Shown: positions 25,673 to 39,130 of the stretch, piece by piece
How positions within the stretch are numbered: position 1 is the stretch's first letter
How the letters are laid out: each line of letters starts with the position of its first letter
DNA from: Lama glama
Lineage: Eukaryota
Length of the DNA stretch: 64,000 nt
Direction: 5' to 3'
NCBI GenBank assembly: GCA_028534125.1
Contig: CM052817.1
Span: 100,442,001-100,506,000, forward strand
The notes under the pieces: generated by a model
Told to the model about the DNA's origin: nothing
Database searches by the model: none
What the model saw: the letters and a program-made list of their open reading frames with translations, nothing else
Program-made: the position numbers and the translations under genes

Positions 25673-28554
25673 AAATTAACTCTTTTTCTCACCTCTGGTT
25701 CATAAGTTTTAGAGCAGCCTATACAAGGTAGGAACTCAGTAAACATTTGAATGGATGACCAAAACCGTGCTGCGTTTAGGAGCGTGGTCAGACATCACAT
25801 ACATCGCAAACACCCTCACACACACACACACATTCCTTCCCTGTGACTCAGGTTCTTGGAAAGGAGGACATCCAATCATGGATCATGGAGATTTGACCAT
25901 AAATAGTCATGTCAAGATGGCATAGGTTAAGAATGAAAACCTGCACAGTGGCCTCCCAGCAGCTCGCCCTCCCCAGGCCACAGGGTCTCACACTGACTGA
26001 ATTGGGGGGGGGTGGGGATCTAGAAAGCAGGAGTGGCCAGAAGGAATGAGAACTGAGCACCAGCTTTTTGGTTTTAACAACGAGTTGTGGCCTGCACCCA
26101 CCACCACCATTCCCACGGACCAGAGGTGAGCTGGAGCTGAGTCAGGCGGTACCCGGAGCAGGGGGCTGGATGGGGTGATGTTATGCCTGGCTCTCCACTT
26201 CTGTTCTCTGTCACCCCTGCAAAGGTGGTCTCGCCTCAGTGTCCAAATCCCAAACTTCCAGCAGCTTCTCTAGCTCCTCCCGCTAGGCCAGGAAAAAAGA
26301 GAGGAAGAGTTTAAGGAGGAAGAGGGGAGGGGCAAGGTATTGGGCAGGAAAGGGCTGGGGGAGCGGCTGCCCCGCAATGGGGAGGCAGGGCTGGACCGCG
26401 CTAGAGCTTTAATGGGATGGAGCAGAAACAAGGTCACTTTTCTGCCCCGTGATGGGCTGGGAGGCAGGATTCCCGAAACAATGACCACTGTGCACTTCTG
26501 GAGCCTGGCTGGGCCCTGCTTCTGAAAAGGTTTTGAGTCCTAACAGTGACGAGAAAGTGGAGGCTTTTTGCGATGATCCCTGGACCACCTTATCTGACTG
26601 CCTGTCTTCCAGGAGGCCGAGCAAGGTGAATTGTTCACCTTATGTCACCTTCCTGGACAGGCCCAGGCTGTCAGGAGAGGACCTGAGGGGAGGGTTTTCC
26701 TGTTTGGGGATATTTCCTACTGTACACTCCGCCAGAGGCAATTACAACGGTGGAAACTAATAACTGCGTATAAGCTTCTCATCCTGGTACAACAAGCAGA
26801 GGTTATGAGTTTCTCTGCCTGTTTTAATCCTTGCTCAAAGTCTTTTCTTTGCCTGTGGAATTCAGCCCTGGCCCTGCTTCAGTCTCTGCCCTTTGTTCAC
26901 AAACATTAGGGACAACGCCCTACTTGACCCATTGTTTCTCGTGCTTTCTGTTTCTCCTTCATCTCCCTCTCCCCGCTTCTGTCCTCCCCACCTGACCGGC
27001 TTCCCAAAACCCACTTTACTCCTTTGAAATGACCACCGCAGCATTTCCCACCCTGACACCGGCAGCCACAGTTTTCGATTCTGAGTTTCCAGTCCACTGC
27101 CCAGATGACTCACAGTACGGACTCTGTGTGCCTCTTCCAAGCAGAACAGGTGGCAAGAAATCCTAAGTAAAAAGCGAGTTTGCTGCAGTGAGCTCCCGCC
27201 TCTGCAGACTGACGAGACCTATGTAATGAAGTGCATGCAGTCCCCCCCTGATTAGGGGTGCTGGCCCCCACTTTAGGGGTTGAAGACACGGCTGACAGGC
27301 AGCAGAGAAGTGAGGAGGGCTTTCCAGGCATCCACGACCCTCTCCTCCCTCCCCCTCTTCCAGGCACCATTGCTACCTGCCTCCCAGGCTCCATCAGCCG
27401 CGCAGCCATGCCTCCTAGCATCTCAGGCCCCACAGGGAGGAGGACGGTGGGCAGCAGAAACGGTCTTGGCCTCATTGTACGTCTCTAACGGCAAAACTGT
27501 CTTCGTCCCCAACTTAAAAAAAATACTCCTATATGTAAGCAGCACATTTCATTGACGGGTAAATGATCTCCTTCCCAGCTTTAATGCTGATAATCTTTTG
27601 ACTCAGGAAGTAAGAACCCTCAGAACCTACCTTTTGATGCAGATTTCAACTAATTTTGCTGCAGATGGCTAAGGGATGGCAGGTGACATACAAGACTGAT
27701 AATCCCTCAGTTTAAACTGAGACCACCAGAGAATTATGAGAGTATGTTTAATATTTGTCTCCAAAGCTTGGCTCTTTCCCCCTGTAGCTATTGGATCTGC
27801 AGCAGTGTGGTCTCTGAGCCCTGTCTGGGCTCTCACTGTGTGGGCGAGGCCGAGCCCCTCCCCCTCTAAGCCCGGGTTGCCTCAGCTGTAAATTAGGAAT
27901 GGAATTAAATTATTTCTAAGGTCTCTCCCAAGAATCTAATTATCTGAATCTGAGATTTGATTTGACTAGTAGGAATCCAAGTCCATTAATGACTATGAAC
28001 CCCTCAACGTCGCCACAAAGATGTGAGTTCTTGGTGACTTCCAGGACTTTTATTTAAAAAGAAAATTTTTGTTGAAATACAATATACATACAGAAAAGTG
28101 CACCAAAGGCTACAGGCTGAGGAATTTTCTCCAGACCCAGCATACCTGTGTGACCAGCTTCCTGATCAGGAGACAGAACCTTATCAGCTCCCACAGAAAC
28201 CTGGCTCGTGCCCCTTCCAGTCCCAGAGTATCTCCAACACATTTTGACTCTGCAAGTCATGTGCCTCCAACTCTTTTACTTGGGCAAATCCATAAATAGT
28301 TCATACCTGCATTGTAATTGCAATAGGAACAAAACAAGTAATTTCAGTGACGAGAAGTGGTCCTTTATTACCAAGAAAAAGAGGTTGTCAAACATGGAAG
28401 AAATACACAAGACTGTGAATAAAAGGAGAAACAGCTTAAAACATGACAAAAGTGGTAGCTGTCAACTGTATTGATTGATTGAGTGTTCCTGGCTAGACGT
28501 GGAAATCAGTCCACTACTGAAAGGAAAACTGCATCAATCATACACGTTTCCACT

Positions 28555-28652
28555 ACACACTCAATACATACACATACATACACATACATACACATACATA
28601 CACATATGCATGTACACACACACACACACACACACACAGACACACACACACA
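28555..28652 (+). repeat. Compound (CATA)n/(CA)n microsatellite
   Basis: Directly visible. Confidence 0.9.
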
Positions 28653-29547
28653 GAGGCGTGGTTCATCTTGGTCCCTGAACCTAACTCCTTCTTTAGGAGA
28701 AAAACAAATTTTTTGGCTTCACAAGTCATACAGACTCACACAAGCAACACTGAAAACTTAGTTTAACTTCTACGACAATGTTTCTGTAATTCCCACATCA
28801 GCTGGTGTAGGAGTCACTGCAGGATCTGCCTTTTTAAGGCTCTGAAAGCAAACGTGGAGCCTGATTCCAAGGTTGGGAGAGGCTCAGAGGTGAGAGAAGG
28901 GGGAGGCAGCACCGGTCCTCCGATGTGCTGGGATCCTCTCTCCTAGCGGACAGGGAGGGAAGACACAGGAGTTTCGGATCTGAAAGGAATTTCAGATCGA
29001 GCCCCTCATTTGTAGATGAGGAAACCCGGCCCAGAACCGGGAAAGGAGCTGGCTGGTTGCTTGCTTAGCCAGTGGGCTGGGCCTGGCCTGCTCCACCCCG
29101 ACCCGTTCCCCCATCCCTCCGCTTCCCCATTGCCCCCACCAACCCCCAGCCACCGGTCCTCGGCCCCTCTGCGCCTGCTAGGGCAGCTCCCTGAGTCCCT
29201 TCCAGAGCACCCAAAGCAGGAAGACAGAGAAAGGTCAGCCCGTGCTCATAGTGATTCCCTGGCCTGGTCATGGGCCCTGCACGGAGTCTGCAAAGACCAT
29301 CTCCCGCCCTTCTTCCTTGTGGGACGCAGGTGCGGGTAAACCAGCAGCCCTCTCCCCAGTTCAGGCCACACCAGCAGCAGCATCCCTGCCACTCCCCTCT
29401 TTTGTTGGGGCAAGATCTCTGTTGTTTTCTCCTCCATTCCACCCCAGATCTGCCTTCCCTTCCTCCCTGGAGGGACCAAATCCTGAGGATCTTGACCATA
29501 TCGTGCTTCAAACTGTTATATTATTCCCTGAATAAAACCCAGAACCT

Positions 29548-30100
29548 CGCGTGGTTCTGCTACCCCAGAAGGGGAAGGGAAAAGACCCCAGTTCTTGTCT
29601 TAACCCAAAAGGTAAGAATTCAGATGGGAAACAGAGTATTGTGTAGAGAAGATTTTAAAGGATTTATTAGCAAAGGGAAAACACACCTCCAAGAATGAGA
29701 GGCGGGCTGATACAGGGCAGGAAAAGCAGTGGTCTTTGTTTGCCCCCTTCTCTTATACCTTCACTTAGAGGTGCTCTCTTGATTGATTGACAGCTCTTGC
29801 CCTTGGAGCGCTCAGTCGTGTTTGTCCCCTTTTGTCCTTACCCATGATGCACACAGAAAAACCCATGGAGGGTATCTAAACCACATCAATGAAATTACAA
29901 TGAGCACTGGGTCATGTCTGCTTAGGTCCTTGTCTCTACCATGCAGTTGCAGCTGTTGGATTCTAACTGGTTTCTTACTGGCTCTCATTTAGAAGTAAAG
30001 CCCCTTTACGCTGCAGGCTGGCACAACTCTGCCTTCCAGACCTGCCTCCCTCTCCTCCACCTTATCTGCCCGGTACCCCCACTTATCTAACCACCCAACA
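29548..30100 (-). mobile_element. Probable solo LTR
   Basis: Minus strand starts tgttgggtggttagataag, has AATAAA at ~29662-29667 and an LTR-like U5. Family not identified. Confidence 0.55.
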
Positions 30101-30299
30101 GCTCATTCTTAGTTTAGTGTCACGTTTGGAGAAACACAACCCAACAATTTAAATTAATTACTAATACTTCAATTCTTTACCCCATCTCTCTAGCAAATGT
30201 TAATGGGAAGAGCACAGGGCAAACAAAACAAAGTCTCTCTCTTTATAACAGTCCCCCTTGATATCTTGCAGGTGGAAGGCAAAAGTTCTCCACTTGGCT

Positions 30300-30442
30300 C
30301 TTTTTTTTTTTTTAATGAACCCAACAGCATTTTATTATTTTCTTAGGTCTTTTTTTTTTTTTTAAACTGGTGGTGTAGGGATTGAAGCCAGGACCCTGCG
30401 CATGCTAAGCATGAGCTCTGCCCCTGAGCTATGGCCTCCCCC
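30300..30442 (-). mobile_element. Camelid tRNA-SINE
   Basis: gggattgaagccaggaccctgcgcatgctaagcatg..ctgagcta preceded by T-rich tail. Confidence 0.85.
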
Positions 30443-30689
30443 ACTACTTGTCTCTTTACCACCATCTTCCCTTTTGTTTTTTCCTAAACCAGAAATGATC
30501 ACCAACACTTCCTTCCCTCTGCTCAACTCGCTGGCCGGGTCACCCAGGCCGGGTGGGGGAGGGGCTCTTCACCTCTCCCAGCCCTTCCGCTCTGCGGAAG
30601 GACAAGCAGGGAGACCCCTGGGACATCTAATTCCATCAAGTCATTTTCCTGTGGCAATCTGATGAACAGCCTTCTCTGCTTATAACAGT

Positions 30690-31130
30690 TATTTAATTTT
30701 GTAGCAGCCTTGTGGTTTGGGTAAGATTAACCACAGCCCAGTCCCGTGGTATAATTTCATCTGTGAGCCACGGTTAAAGGATGGGCCTGAGCCCCTCGCC
30801 CCATGGCCTTCGCGTCCAGTCCCAGGGAACTGCGGGACTTGGCTCTTAGTCGGGAAGACGGGAGCCTGTCTCGCCCTGATGGGTGTGTTATGCAGGGATG
30901 AGGCCTGACAGCCTTTTTTATTGCTAGGAGGGTAGCCAGCCTGTGGTGAGACCAGTACCACATGGAGGATGTAGAGACACAGAACTGAAACCCTGATAGA
31001 ACTGTCCCTGAAATCCGCTGTGTCTCAGTATTCACCAAGTTACTTAGCCCGTAAATCCTTTTTGTTGTTTGAAACATGTTAAGCTTAGTTTTCTCTTAAT
31101 TTGCAGCCAGAGATACTCCAAGATCTATAG
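30690..31130 (+). mobile_element. MLT1-like (ERVL-MaLR) LTR fragment
   Basis: 3' end taaatcctttttgttgtttgaaac..ttttctcttaatttgcagccagagatactcc resembles the MLT1 terminus. Confidence 0.5.
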
Positions 31131-31631
31131 GCCCACAAGTTAATGAACTTCCCAACCTCAATTTCCTCCTTTGTAAAATGGGATTTTTAAAAAATTACTT
31201 CACTTCACAGGATTTTTAAAATCACCTATATCTGACAGGATTACAGGAAATACTGCCCAGCTCTTTGTCTCACACTTAATAAATAAGCATTTAGTATATT
31301 GTTTCTTTCACACTCCCCTCCTTCCTAGAAGGACTGGCAACTAGCAGGGAGTTAAGAGTGTTCCGTTTCATCCTGATATCCAGAGAAGAAAGAAGAAAGG
31401 GAAAGAAAGTGTGGATGTAAGCAGGGCTCAGTGATAGGAATCTGGCCTCCAATCCAAGCAAATGGGGAATGGGCCCCAAGGCGGGCTCTCCGAGATTCCT
31501 CAAGTCACGTGGCAAGGGCCCTACCCTCTCTGCCTCCGCCTGCAGGGAGCCCTGCACAGGCTGTTGTGTCAGTAGGTGGTTGTCCCCAGTCAGTGTGGCT
31601 GGAACAGAAGGCAATGGGCTCTATCTGGAGG

Positions 31632-32245
31632 GAACGCTAATGCAAAAAAGACACCTGCACCACCATGTACATAGCAGCACTGTTTACAATAGCCAAGACA
31701 TGGAAACAACCTAAATGTCCAACAACAGATGACTAGATAAAGAAATTGTGGTATATTTATACAATGGAATACTGCTCAGTGATTAAAAAAGAATAAAATG
31801 ATGCATTTGCAGCAACATGAATGGACCTGGAGATTGTCCCACTAAGTGAAGTAAGCCAGAAAGAGAAAGAAAAACACCATGTGATATCACTCATATGTGA
31901 AATCTGAAAAAAAAAAAGACACAAATGAACTTATTTGCAGAACAGAAACAGCTTCACAGACATAGAAAACAAACTTATGGTTATGGGACAGGGGAAGAGG
32001 GTTTGAAAGGATAAACTAGGATTTCGAGATTTGTAGATACACACTACTGCAGATAAAATAGATAAACAGCAAGTTTCTACTGTACAGCACAGGGAACTAT
32101 ATTCAGTATCTTGTAGTAACCTATAATGAAATAGAATATTAAAAGGAACATAGGTACATATATGTATGACTGAAACATGATGCTGTACACCAGCAACTGA
32201 CACAAAATTGTAAACTGACTACATACTTCTATTAAAAAAAAGAGA
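31632..32245 (+). mobile_element. Young L1 3' end
   Basis: gacacctgcaccaccatgtacatagcagcactg...3' UTR...poly(A). Confidence 0.9.
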
Positions 32246-32389
32246 GAGGGGAAAAAAATAATAGGTCATGGCTACGACCTGTAGGGGACCTGCTCTCACC
32301 AAGAGACAACGACAACTTTGCACTCACTTTTCTTCTCCAGGAAACAAGCTGAGGCTTCTTAAGGAATGTAGAGACAGCATTTGTTGTTA

Positions 32390-32530
32390 CTGTTTTTAAT
32401 CATTTCACTTTGGGCAGGGTGTTACTTCAGTTTATTTACTAACTTTTTTTTTTAACAGAGGCACTGGGGATTGACCCCAGGACCTGAAGCATACTAGGCA
32501 TGTGCTCTACCACTGAGCTATACCCTCTCT
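32390..32530 (-). mobile_element. Camelid tRNA-SINE
   Basis: ctggggattgaccccaggacc..ctctaccactgagctataccct. Confidence 0.85.
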
Positions 32531-34579
32531 GCCAAGACAGCTTTTTTTTTTAATTAAAAGAAAACTTTCTGCTGTGGAAAATTTCACACATATGCAAGAT
32601 AGACACGAGCATACTGACCTCCCACCACTCAGGACCAGCCTTGACCGCCATCAGCACCTGGGCGGTCTCACGTCTCCCTGGTCCCTCCCCAGTTAGCCAG
32701 GTTCTACATTTCCTCTTAAGCAAACCCAACACAGGTCATATTTTGCAGGAAATATTTCAATATATATCTCTAACTTTTTTTCAAGCATAACTATATTACC
32801 ATTATCACAGCTAAAAACTAACAATATAAAGATAAATTTTCTGTACTTTAAACAGTGTCCAGACCTGGTCACTCTATGCTGTTAAAATGCTTTATTGTCA
32901 CCTAATAAAAGACTGACAAGGAATTTCATTAGATGAGGATAAAAGATTCACCAACAAATATTATTTCCCTGAATTTACTCCCAGAATAAAACATTTAAGA
33001 AAATCTCATTACCAAGTTTTTAAATGTGGAAAAGAAATGTGTTAAAAATTCATCTGATTTAGAGGTCACCATGGCTGTTTGACAAACTGTCAATGAAGGA
33101 CAGTATTTCTCAAACAACATACCAGAATTTTCCCCATAAGTCGCACACCCATCTAATATTTTACTTTCAAGGATCTCGTAAGACGTGAAGGCAGCACCAA
33201 GAATGTGCCATCACTTGCTTTGGCTTGTACCTCCCATCTTGGTGGGGAGACATTCCCGCACTGGGGATGCTGCTGTCTCAAGCTAGGGCAGCTGGCTGAA
33301 GTGTCGCGGAGGCTACTGCATCTTCCTTTCATTTCTCTCAACCCCAGGCATCTGTGTTTAAAAAGACTTCCTGTCATGGTTGTATTTTCGCCCTCCCAGA
33401 TGGGTACCTATTTTAGGGGGAGGAAAAAAAACCTCTGCTTTCTTGTACCTTTTTAAAATGTAAAGTTGGAGAGCTCCTCATCTTTATTTCCTATTCCCGG
33501 AAAACCTGCTTTATAAACTTGGGGGGGGGGTCACGTTCTTTTCTATTAAAAAGGGTATTACCTTGCCTTGAAATAATTTTCTGAAAAATCATTTGGGATT
33601 TTTTCTACTGCGATGATGTACTTCTCATTTCTTAATTTCCTTCTCGAACATGTACCTGTTTTGATCTTCGATTTTCTTTAAACTTACAGTGAGGCAAATG
33701 TGGTCTGTAACCACTACCTTTGATGCATCCCAAATTATACCCCTTGGAATTGCTTCCATATTATTCATTTCAAAATGGTTTCTCAACATTTCCTGAATTT
33801 CATTTATACAGGTAAAGTCTTTAAGCAAAAGGTTACTTTGGGGCCAGTGCTCACAGAATCCTGAGCTTACTCAGCCTCCTGAGATGATTTCCTTTGGAAC
33901 CAGCCCAGGAAAGAATTCAGGTTGAAAGCTACAAAGCACAGCATAATGGGAAGAGAATGAAATATATATCTGAATGCATTTGCACTTAACAAAAACTGGA
34001 GTGGGATGCCTGATTTTTTTCCAAAAATCTATTAGACTGATGTGTTTGTTTATGTCATAATTGAATCTTTCAATTGCAGATTTAATATCCAATTAAATCT
34101 CCCCTTTTAAACAACACTCGCTTCAGAGAATAATTAGCGTTTTAAGAAAAGAAGTTTGCTTATTATTTCGGTTCAGTCTACAGCTCAAGCAACCGCAGTC
34201 GACCTCACTAAAAAGATGATTTCCAGTAGCCAAGTAGATGATTGGTGAAGTAATTATGTTATTTAAGGCCCTTCTCTGGCGCTGAAAGATGAATCACATT
34301 TGCATAGGTGAAAACAAAGCCTCATATGGGAGAAAATAAACCAAAGTTGTTTTGCAGAAACAAAGAAAAATCATGCTTCAGTGCTTTCTGTTTCTGAAAT
34401 ATTTTCCTGTTACTGCCAATCTTTGCAGGCTAGAAACCAAATCCTTGAGGGGACGTTGAGTGTGACCCTGGGGATGTCCCCGTGGCTCCAGGTCGCCAAA
34501 GAGTAGCTGCAGCAGCATTGCAATTTTATATGCAGGTTCATTCAGTGATAAAGAAACCAAGTTTAAGGAGGCAGTACAT

Positions 34580-35245
34580 TATACACCCACATCACAGCAA
34601 CATTATTCATTAGAACTAGAACACATAAGCCACCAAACTGTCCATCAGCAGAAGACTGGATAAACAAAGTGTGGCCTATACCTACAGTGGAGTGTAACTC
34701 AGCCTTAAAAAAGAAGGGAATTTATAGCTCAAGTGGTAGAGCACATGCTTAGCACGCAAGAGGTCTTGGGTTCAATCCCCAGTGCCTCCTCTAAAAATGA
34801 ATAAACCTAGTTACCTCCCCACCCCCCACCAAAATAAAAGAAATAATGCAATAATTAATAAATAAACTATCAAAAAGAAGGAAATTTTGACACATGTAAC
34901 AATATGGATGAACCTTGAGAACGTTATGCTAAGTGAAATAAGCCAGACACAAAAGGGCAAAACTGCCCGATTCCAGTTAAATGAGGTACTTGGAGTGGTC
35001 AAATTCATAGAGACTGAAAATAGAACGGTGGTAGCCAGGGGCTGCGGGAAGAGAAGGGTGGGGCGTTATCATCCAATGAGTACCGAGTTTTAGTGTCCCA
35101 GGAGGAACAAGTTTGGCAGGTGGATGATGGTGATGGTTGCATCCTGTGAATGTACGTAAGGTCACTGAATTGCATAGTGCTTAAAAATGGTTATATGGTA
35201 AACGCTATATTACATATATTGTACCACAATTTAACCATGCGTGTT
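34580..35245 (+). mobile_element. Older L1 3' end (L1MB-like) with nested camelid SINE (~34716-34870)
   Basis: WMNLENVMLSEISQTQK ORF2 tail. SINE flanked by aaaaagaagg repeats. Confidence 0.85.
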
Positions 35246-35417
35246 TTAAAAAAGACCAGAAAATTGTAGGATTTAAGCAGATGGACAACCTCTCTAAGGT
35301 GTCATTAAGAGGTAGAACACATCTATAGGGCTCCTCAAAATATTTATACCCCCACCCATTCCCTTTCAGTCTGTGGTGTTGACTGACATTTCTCAGCACC
35401 ATGACCACTAGTTGAGA

Positions 35418-36205
35418 CCAGGGCCAATGTCAAGGGCATGCAAGCAGTGAAGTTGCACAGGGCCCTAAACTTGGGGTTTAAGGCTCTGAGGCTCTGTCTT
35501 GATATCCTTAATCATTTTCTCTTTGAATTTTGTGCTTGTGAAGTGAAATCTAATGGGACACTGCTGCCCTCAGCACCTCCCCGGGACAGGTCCTCAGCAC
35601 CCAATCTCTGACCTGTCCAGTGACCACTGCCCAACGCCCAGCAGGTTGTTGGATCTTCTATGCAATGCCTTCGCGGGTGACTCTGCGGGGATAACCTACC
35701 CCATGGGTCCAGCGGCTGACGGGCGGAGGAACGGACAAGAACTAATCGCCCTGAAGTGTTCCCTGGGACCCCCTTGAGGGCCTGACCTTGCTCCGCCGGG
35801 CACACCCTAGGCCTGAGGGGCCCTCTTTTCCTCCTTTCTGAATCTGCCTTGTGTTTGTCACCTCTGGCCAACTGAAGCCACCCTCCAGAGATAAGCCAGG
35901 AAATACGAATTGTGCAATTTCAGTGACTCAGCATACAAATTAAATGCTCTAATATTTGAATCTAAAAGATCTATTGTACGATGTGAAGATGAAAGGTAAA
36001 ATTCATGCCAACAGTTTTAATTTTTCATTTTTCTTTCTTAGCATGACATTAAATAGCATGTTAAAAACATGACAATCTGAGCGAGAAACCACAGAAGGAA
36101 AAAGCTTTATAGTTGAGTGTTTTTTGCAGCACGTTTTCCTGCCTTTTGGATGGGGGTCTGAACTTTTATTTTGCACTGGGCCCTGCAAACTATGTAGCCG
36201 ACCCG
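35418..36205. mobile_element. MER45-like hAT-Tip100 DNA transposon
   Basis: Ends cagggccaatgtcaagggc..gttgcacagggccc and ttttgcactgggccctgcaaactatgtagccgacccg. Confidence 0.75.
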
Positions 36206-36265
36206 GTTTGGAACTTATCATTATCTCTAGGAGACCCATTAGGATACCAATGTGTTATCTCAAGG

Positions 36266-36470
36266 CAAGGATCTGCAGACTTTTTTTCTGTAAAGGGCTA
36301 GAAATAGAATTTTAATATTTTAGGCTCTGCCAGTTATACAATCTTCATCACAGTGACTCAGCTCTCCCACTGTAGAATGAAGGCAGTGTGCCAATATAAT
36401 ATAGGTATATTTCAACAAAATGTTATCTACAAATAAATGGGGCCATGGGCTGTAGTGTGCCAATTCCTGT
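36266..36470. mobile_element. MER58A-like DNA transposon
   Basis: ttttttctgtaaagggc..aatattttaggct..actcagctct..gggctgtagtgtgccaattcctg. Confidence 0.7.
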
Positions 36471-36639
36471 CTTAAGGGGCCCATCCATGGCTCCCCTCAA
36501 TCCCATTTACCAGGTCAGTGAGGTGCCTTCTTAGAAAACAGGCTTGGGACCCTGACAAGAGAGTTACATTGAGGCACTCACTCAATAGTTTTGTCTTTGC
36601 AGGAATAACCTGGAAAACCCTGAAAACAAAGAGCCTGTC

Positions 36640-39130
36640 ATAGAGGTTCCATAATACAGTGTAGTATTGGCTCATGAACAGACAGAAAGACCAGTGGTAC
36701 AGAAATAGGTCCAATCACATATGGAAATTTAATTTACAATGAAGATACCATCACATATGAAGGGGGAAAAGATGGATTTTTTAAGAAATAATGTTGGGTA
36801 ATTGAAAAGGCATGCTTCAAAAAGATAAAACTGGATCTTTTCTTTATCGAGACACAAGAAGACAAATTTCAAACAGATCAGAAAGTTAAATGTAAATAAA
36901 AGTGAAACCATACACATATTAGAATAAAATATGGATGAATTCTCTTATCACACGAGAGTAGGGAAGCTTTCCTAACTATGACTCAAAACTCATGTATAGG
37001 AAGGAAAAGACTAATAAATCTGACTCCTAACAATTTAATTTTATTTGTTTTTGTACAGCAAAAAGCGCCGTAAGAAAAATAAAGAAGAAAGGAAATAAAT
37101 GACAAGCTGAAAAAAATATTTGCAATGAAGTCACAGATAAAAATATGAGATGGAATAGTAAAAATCCTGTAGTCCTGAATTTTAATTAGGAATATCAATA
37201 TGAACTGGAAATATATTTTATCTTAAAAAATATTAACATATTTATCCTCAAAAGGCCTAGAAATGAAAATCAATCCTGTACCAGTGAACATTCCTAGTGC
37301 CCAGATTGTGGTCTTTAAATGCATTTCTATTAAAAAGAACAAGGAGAAAAAGCCGATTTCTCCTGGAGAAAAGGCTGACTCTAGGTCTAGGGTAGGAACT
37401 GTGTGAGATGATCCTGGAGCACCTTGTTAAACAGGGAGCAAGGAAGACATCAAAGACCACTGGAGCCAGGTCAAAACACTCAGGAGCCAACTTGAAGAAG
37501 TTCCCAGCATCCAAAGGCAGAACATTAGCATCATCAATGAAAATAGTACTGCAGTGGATCGAAACACCTCGAATACATTTAAATCCACAGGTTCAGAATA
37601 ACCCTTAATGAAGAAACTCCTTGGTCACATCTAACAGACGCTAGGGAACAAGCAGATTTTGAATCAAACACTTATCTTGCCTTTCCTGTGACCTATAGCT
37701 TAGGGTCACCAACTAGATGATGAAAAGTTAGAAGCAGTCTTGCTAATAAATGAAAAAAGAATGATCAAACTAGGACATCACCACTTTGCAACCCCCAATG
37801 GTCAAATGGATCTAGGCAGTGATCATCAGCTAACATCACCAAAAGGGAGACCAAAAGACATTCTGTGTAGCTTGATGGAGGTACCCAACATTGCCTTTAC
37901 AGCACTGCCAAAAAGTTGAACCTGAATCTGAGTGTGACTCCAGTCTCAAGCTAGACACCAATTTAAGGACAAGAGAGGGGACAGAGGAGCATTTTAAATT
38001 ACAACATAAAAATGTGGTCAGCAAAATCTAGACTATGGAAAACTACAGGACAATGACCCTTTTTCTTCAATAAGTAAATTGCAGGAAAAGAGAGAGAAAG
38101 GGAATGAAAAACAGAGAGGAGGGAAAAATGAGGCAGGAGAGGAGAGAGTGGGGAGAAACTTATAAATTAAAAGAGACTTAAAATATCAACCATTATAAGG
38201 TGTTAAATTTACTTGGAATATGATTCAAATAAGAAAACTACAGATGACTGAATAAAGAAGTTGTAGTATATTTATATAATGGAATAGTACTTAGTCATAA
38301 AAAAGAATAAAATAATGCCATATGCAGCAACATGAATGGACCTGGAGATGGTCATTCTCAGTGAAGTAAGCCAGAAAGAGAAACAAAAATATCATATGAT
38401 ATCACTTATATGTGGAATCTGAAAAAAGAAAGAAAGAAAGAAAGAAAAAAGAGGACACTAATAAACTCATCTACAAAACAGAAACAGACTTGTAGACATA
38501 GTAAAGAATCTTATGGTTACTGGCAGAGGAAAGGGGATGGGAAGGGATAAATTTGGGAGCTTGAGATTTGTAAATGACAACCACTATATATAAAAATAGA
38601 TAAAAACCAGATTTCTTCTGTGTAGTACAGGGAACTATATTCAATGTCTTGTAATAACCTTTAATGAAAAAGAATATGAAAATTGATATATGTAAATATA
38701 GATGTATGACTGGGACATTATGCTGTACACCAGAAACTGACACATTGTAGCTGACTATACTTCAGTTAAAAAAAAAAAGACATTGAGAAGACAATCAGGG
38801 AAATTTGAACACTGACTGGACACTTGATAATATTACATAACAATTATTATTTGAACTTCATTGTCATGATGGTATTTTGATTACATTAAAGCTTTTCCCC
38901 TTAGAAACATACACAGCAATACCTGTGAAAGAAAAGAGATGATATTTTAGGTTTGCTTCCAAATCAGCATGAGAGAAGAGGAGACAGGGGCCGTATGTGA
39001 ATCTAGAGATGAAACAAGATTGGTCCTGAGTTGATTGCCCCTAAATCTGTGTTATGGATATACGGGAGTTCATTGTTTTATTCTCTCTGCTTTTTTATGT
39101 TTGGAATTTTCCATAATGAAATATGTATAC
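36640..39130 (+). mobile_element. Old L1 (L1MC-like) with nested young L1 3' end (38243-38780)
   Basis: L1 ORF2 remnant acagtgtagtattggc..acaga..gaccagtgg, long old 3' UTR. The nested copy has the same 3' end as 245-412. Confidence 0.75.

Noticed and set aside
30689..31077. PDS5-like reading of the minus-strand ORFs here
   Set aside because: The match is weak and the region looks like an MLT1-type LTR.
33590..34092. Ancient non-mammalian-type L1 ORF2 fragment (LIDFWK..HP, SSH, LLLKD..IIWDASK..EKEIKK)
   Set aside because: The same frames fit PDS5 (RFNDI, FASH, EAI, VNDH, KE) at the expected place between flanking module-4 segments. The L1 resemblance is probably coincidental, though a Dfam/HMM search should settle it.
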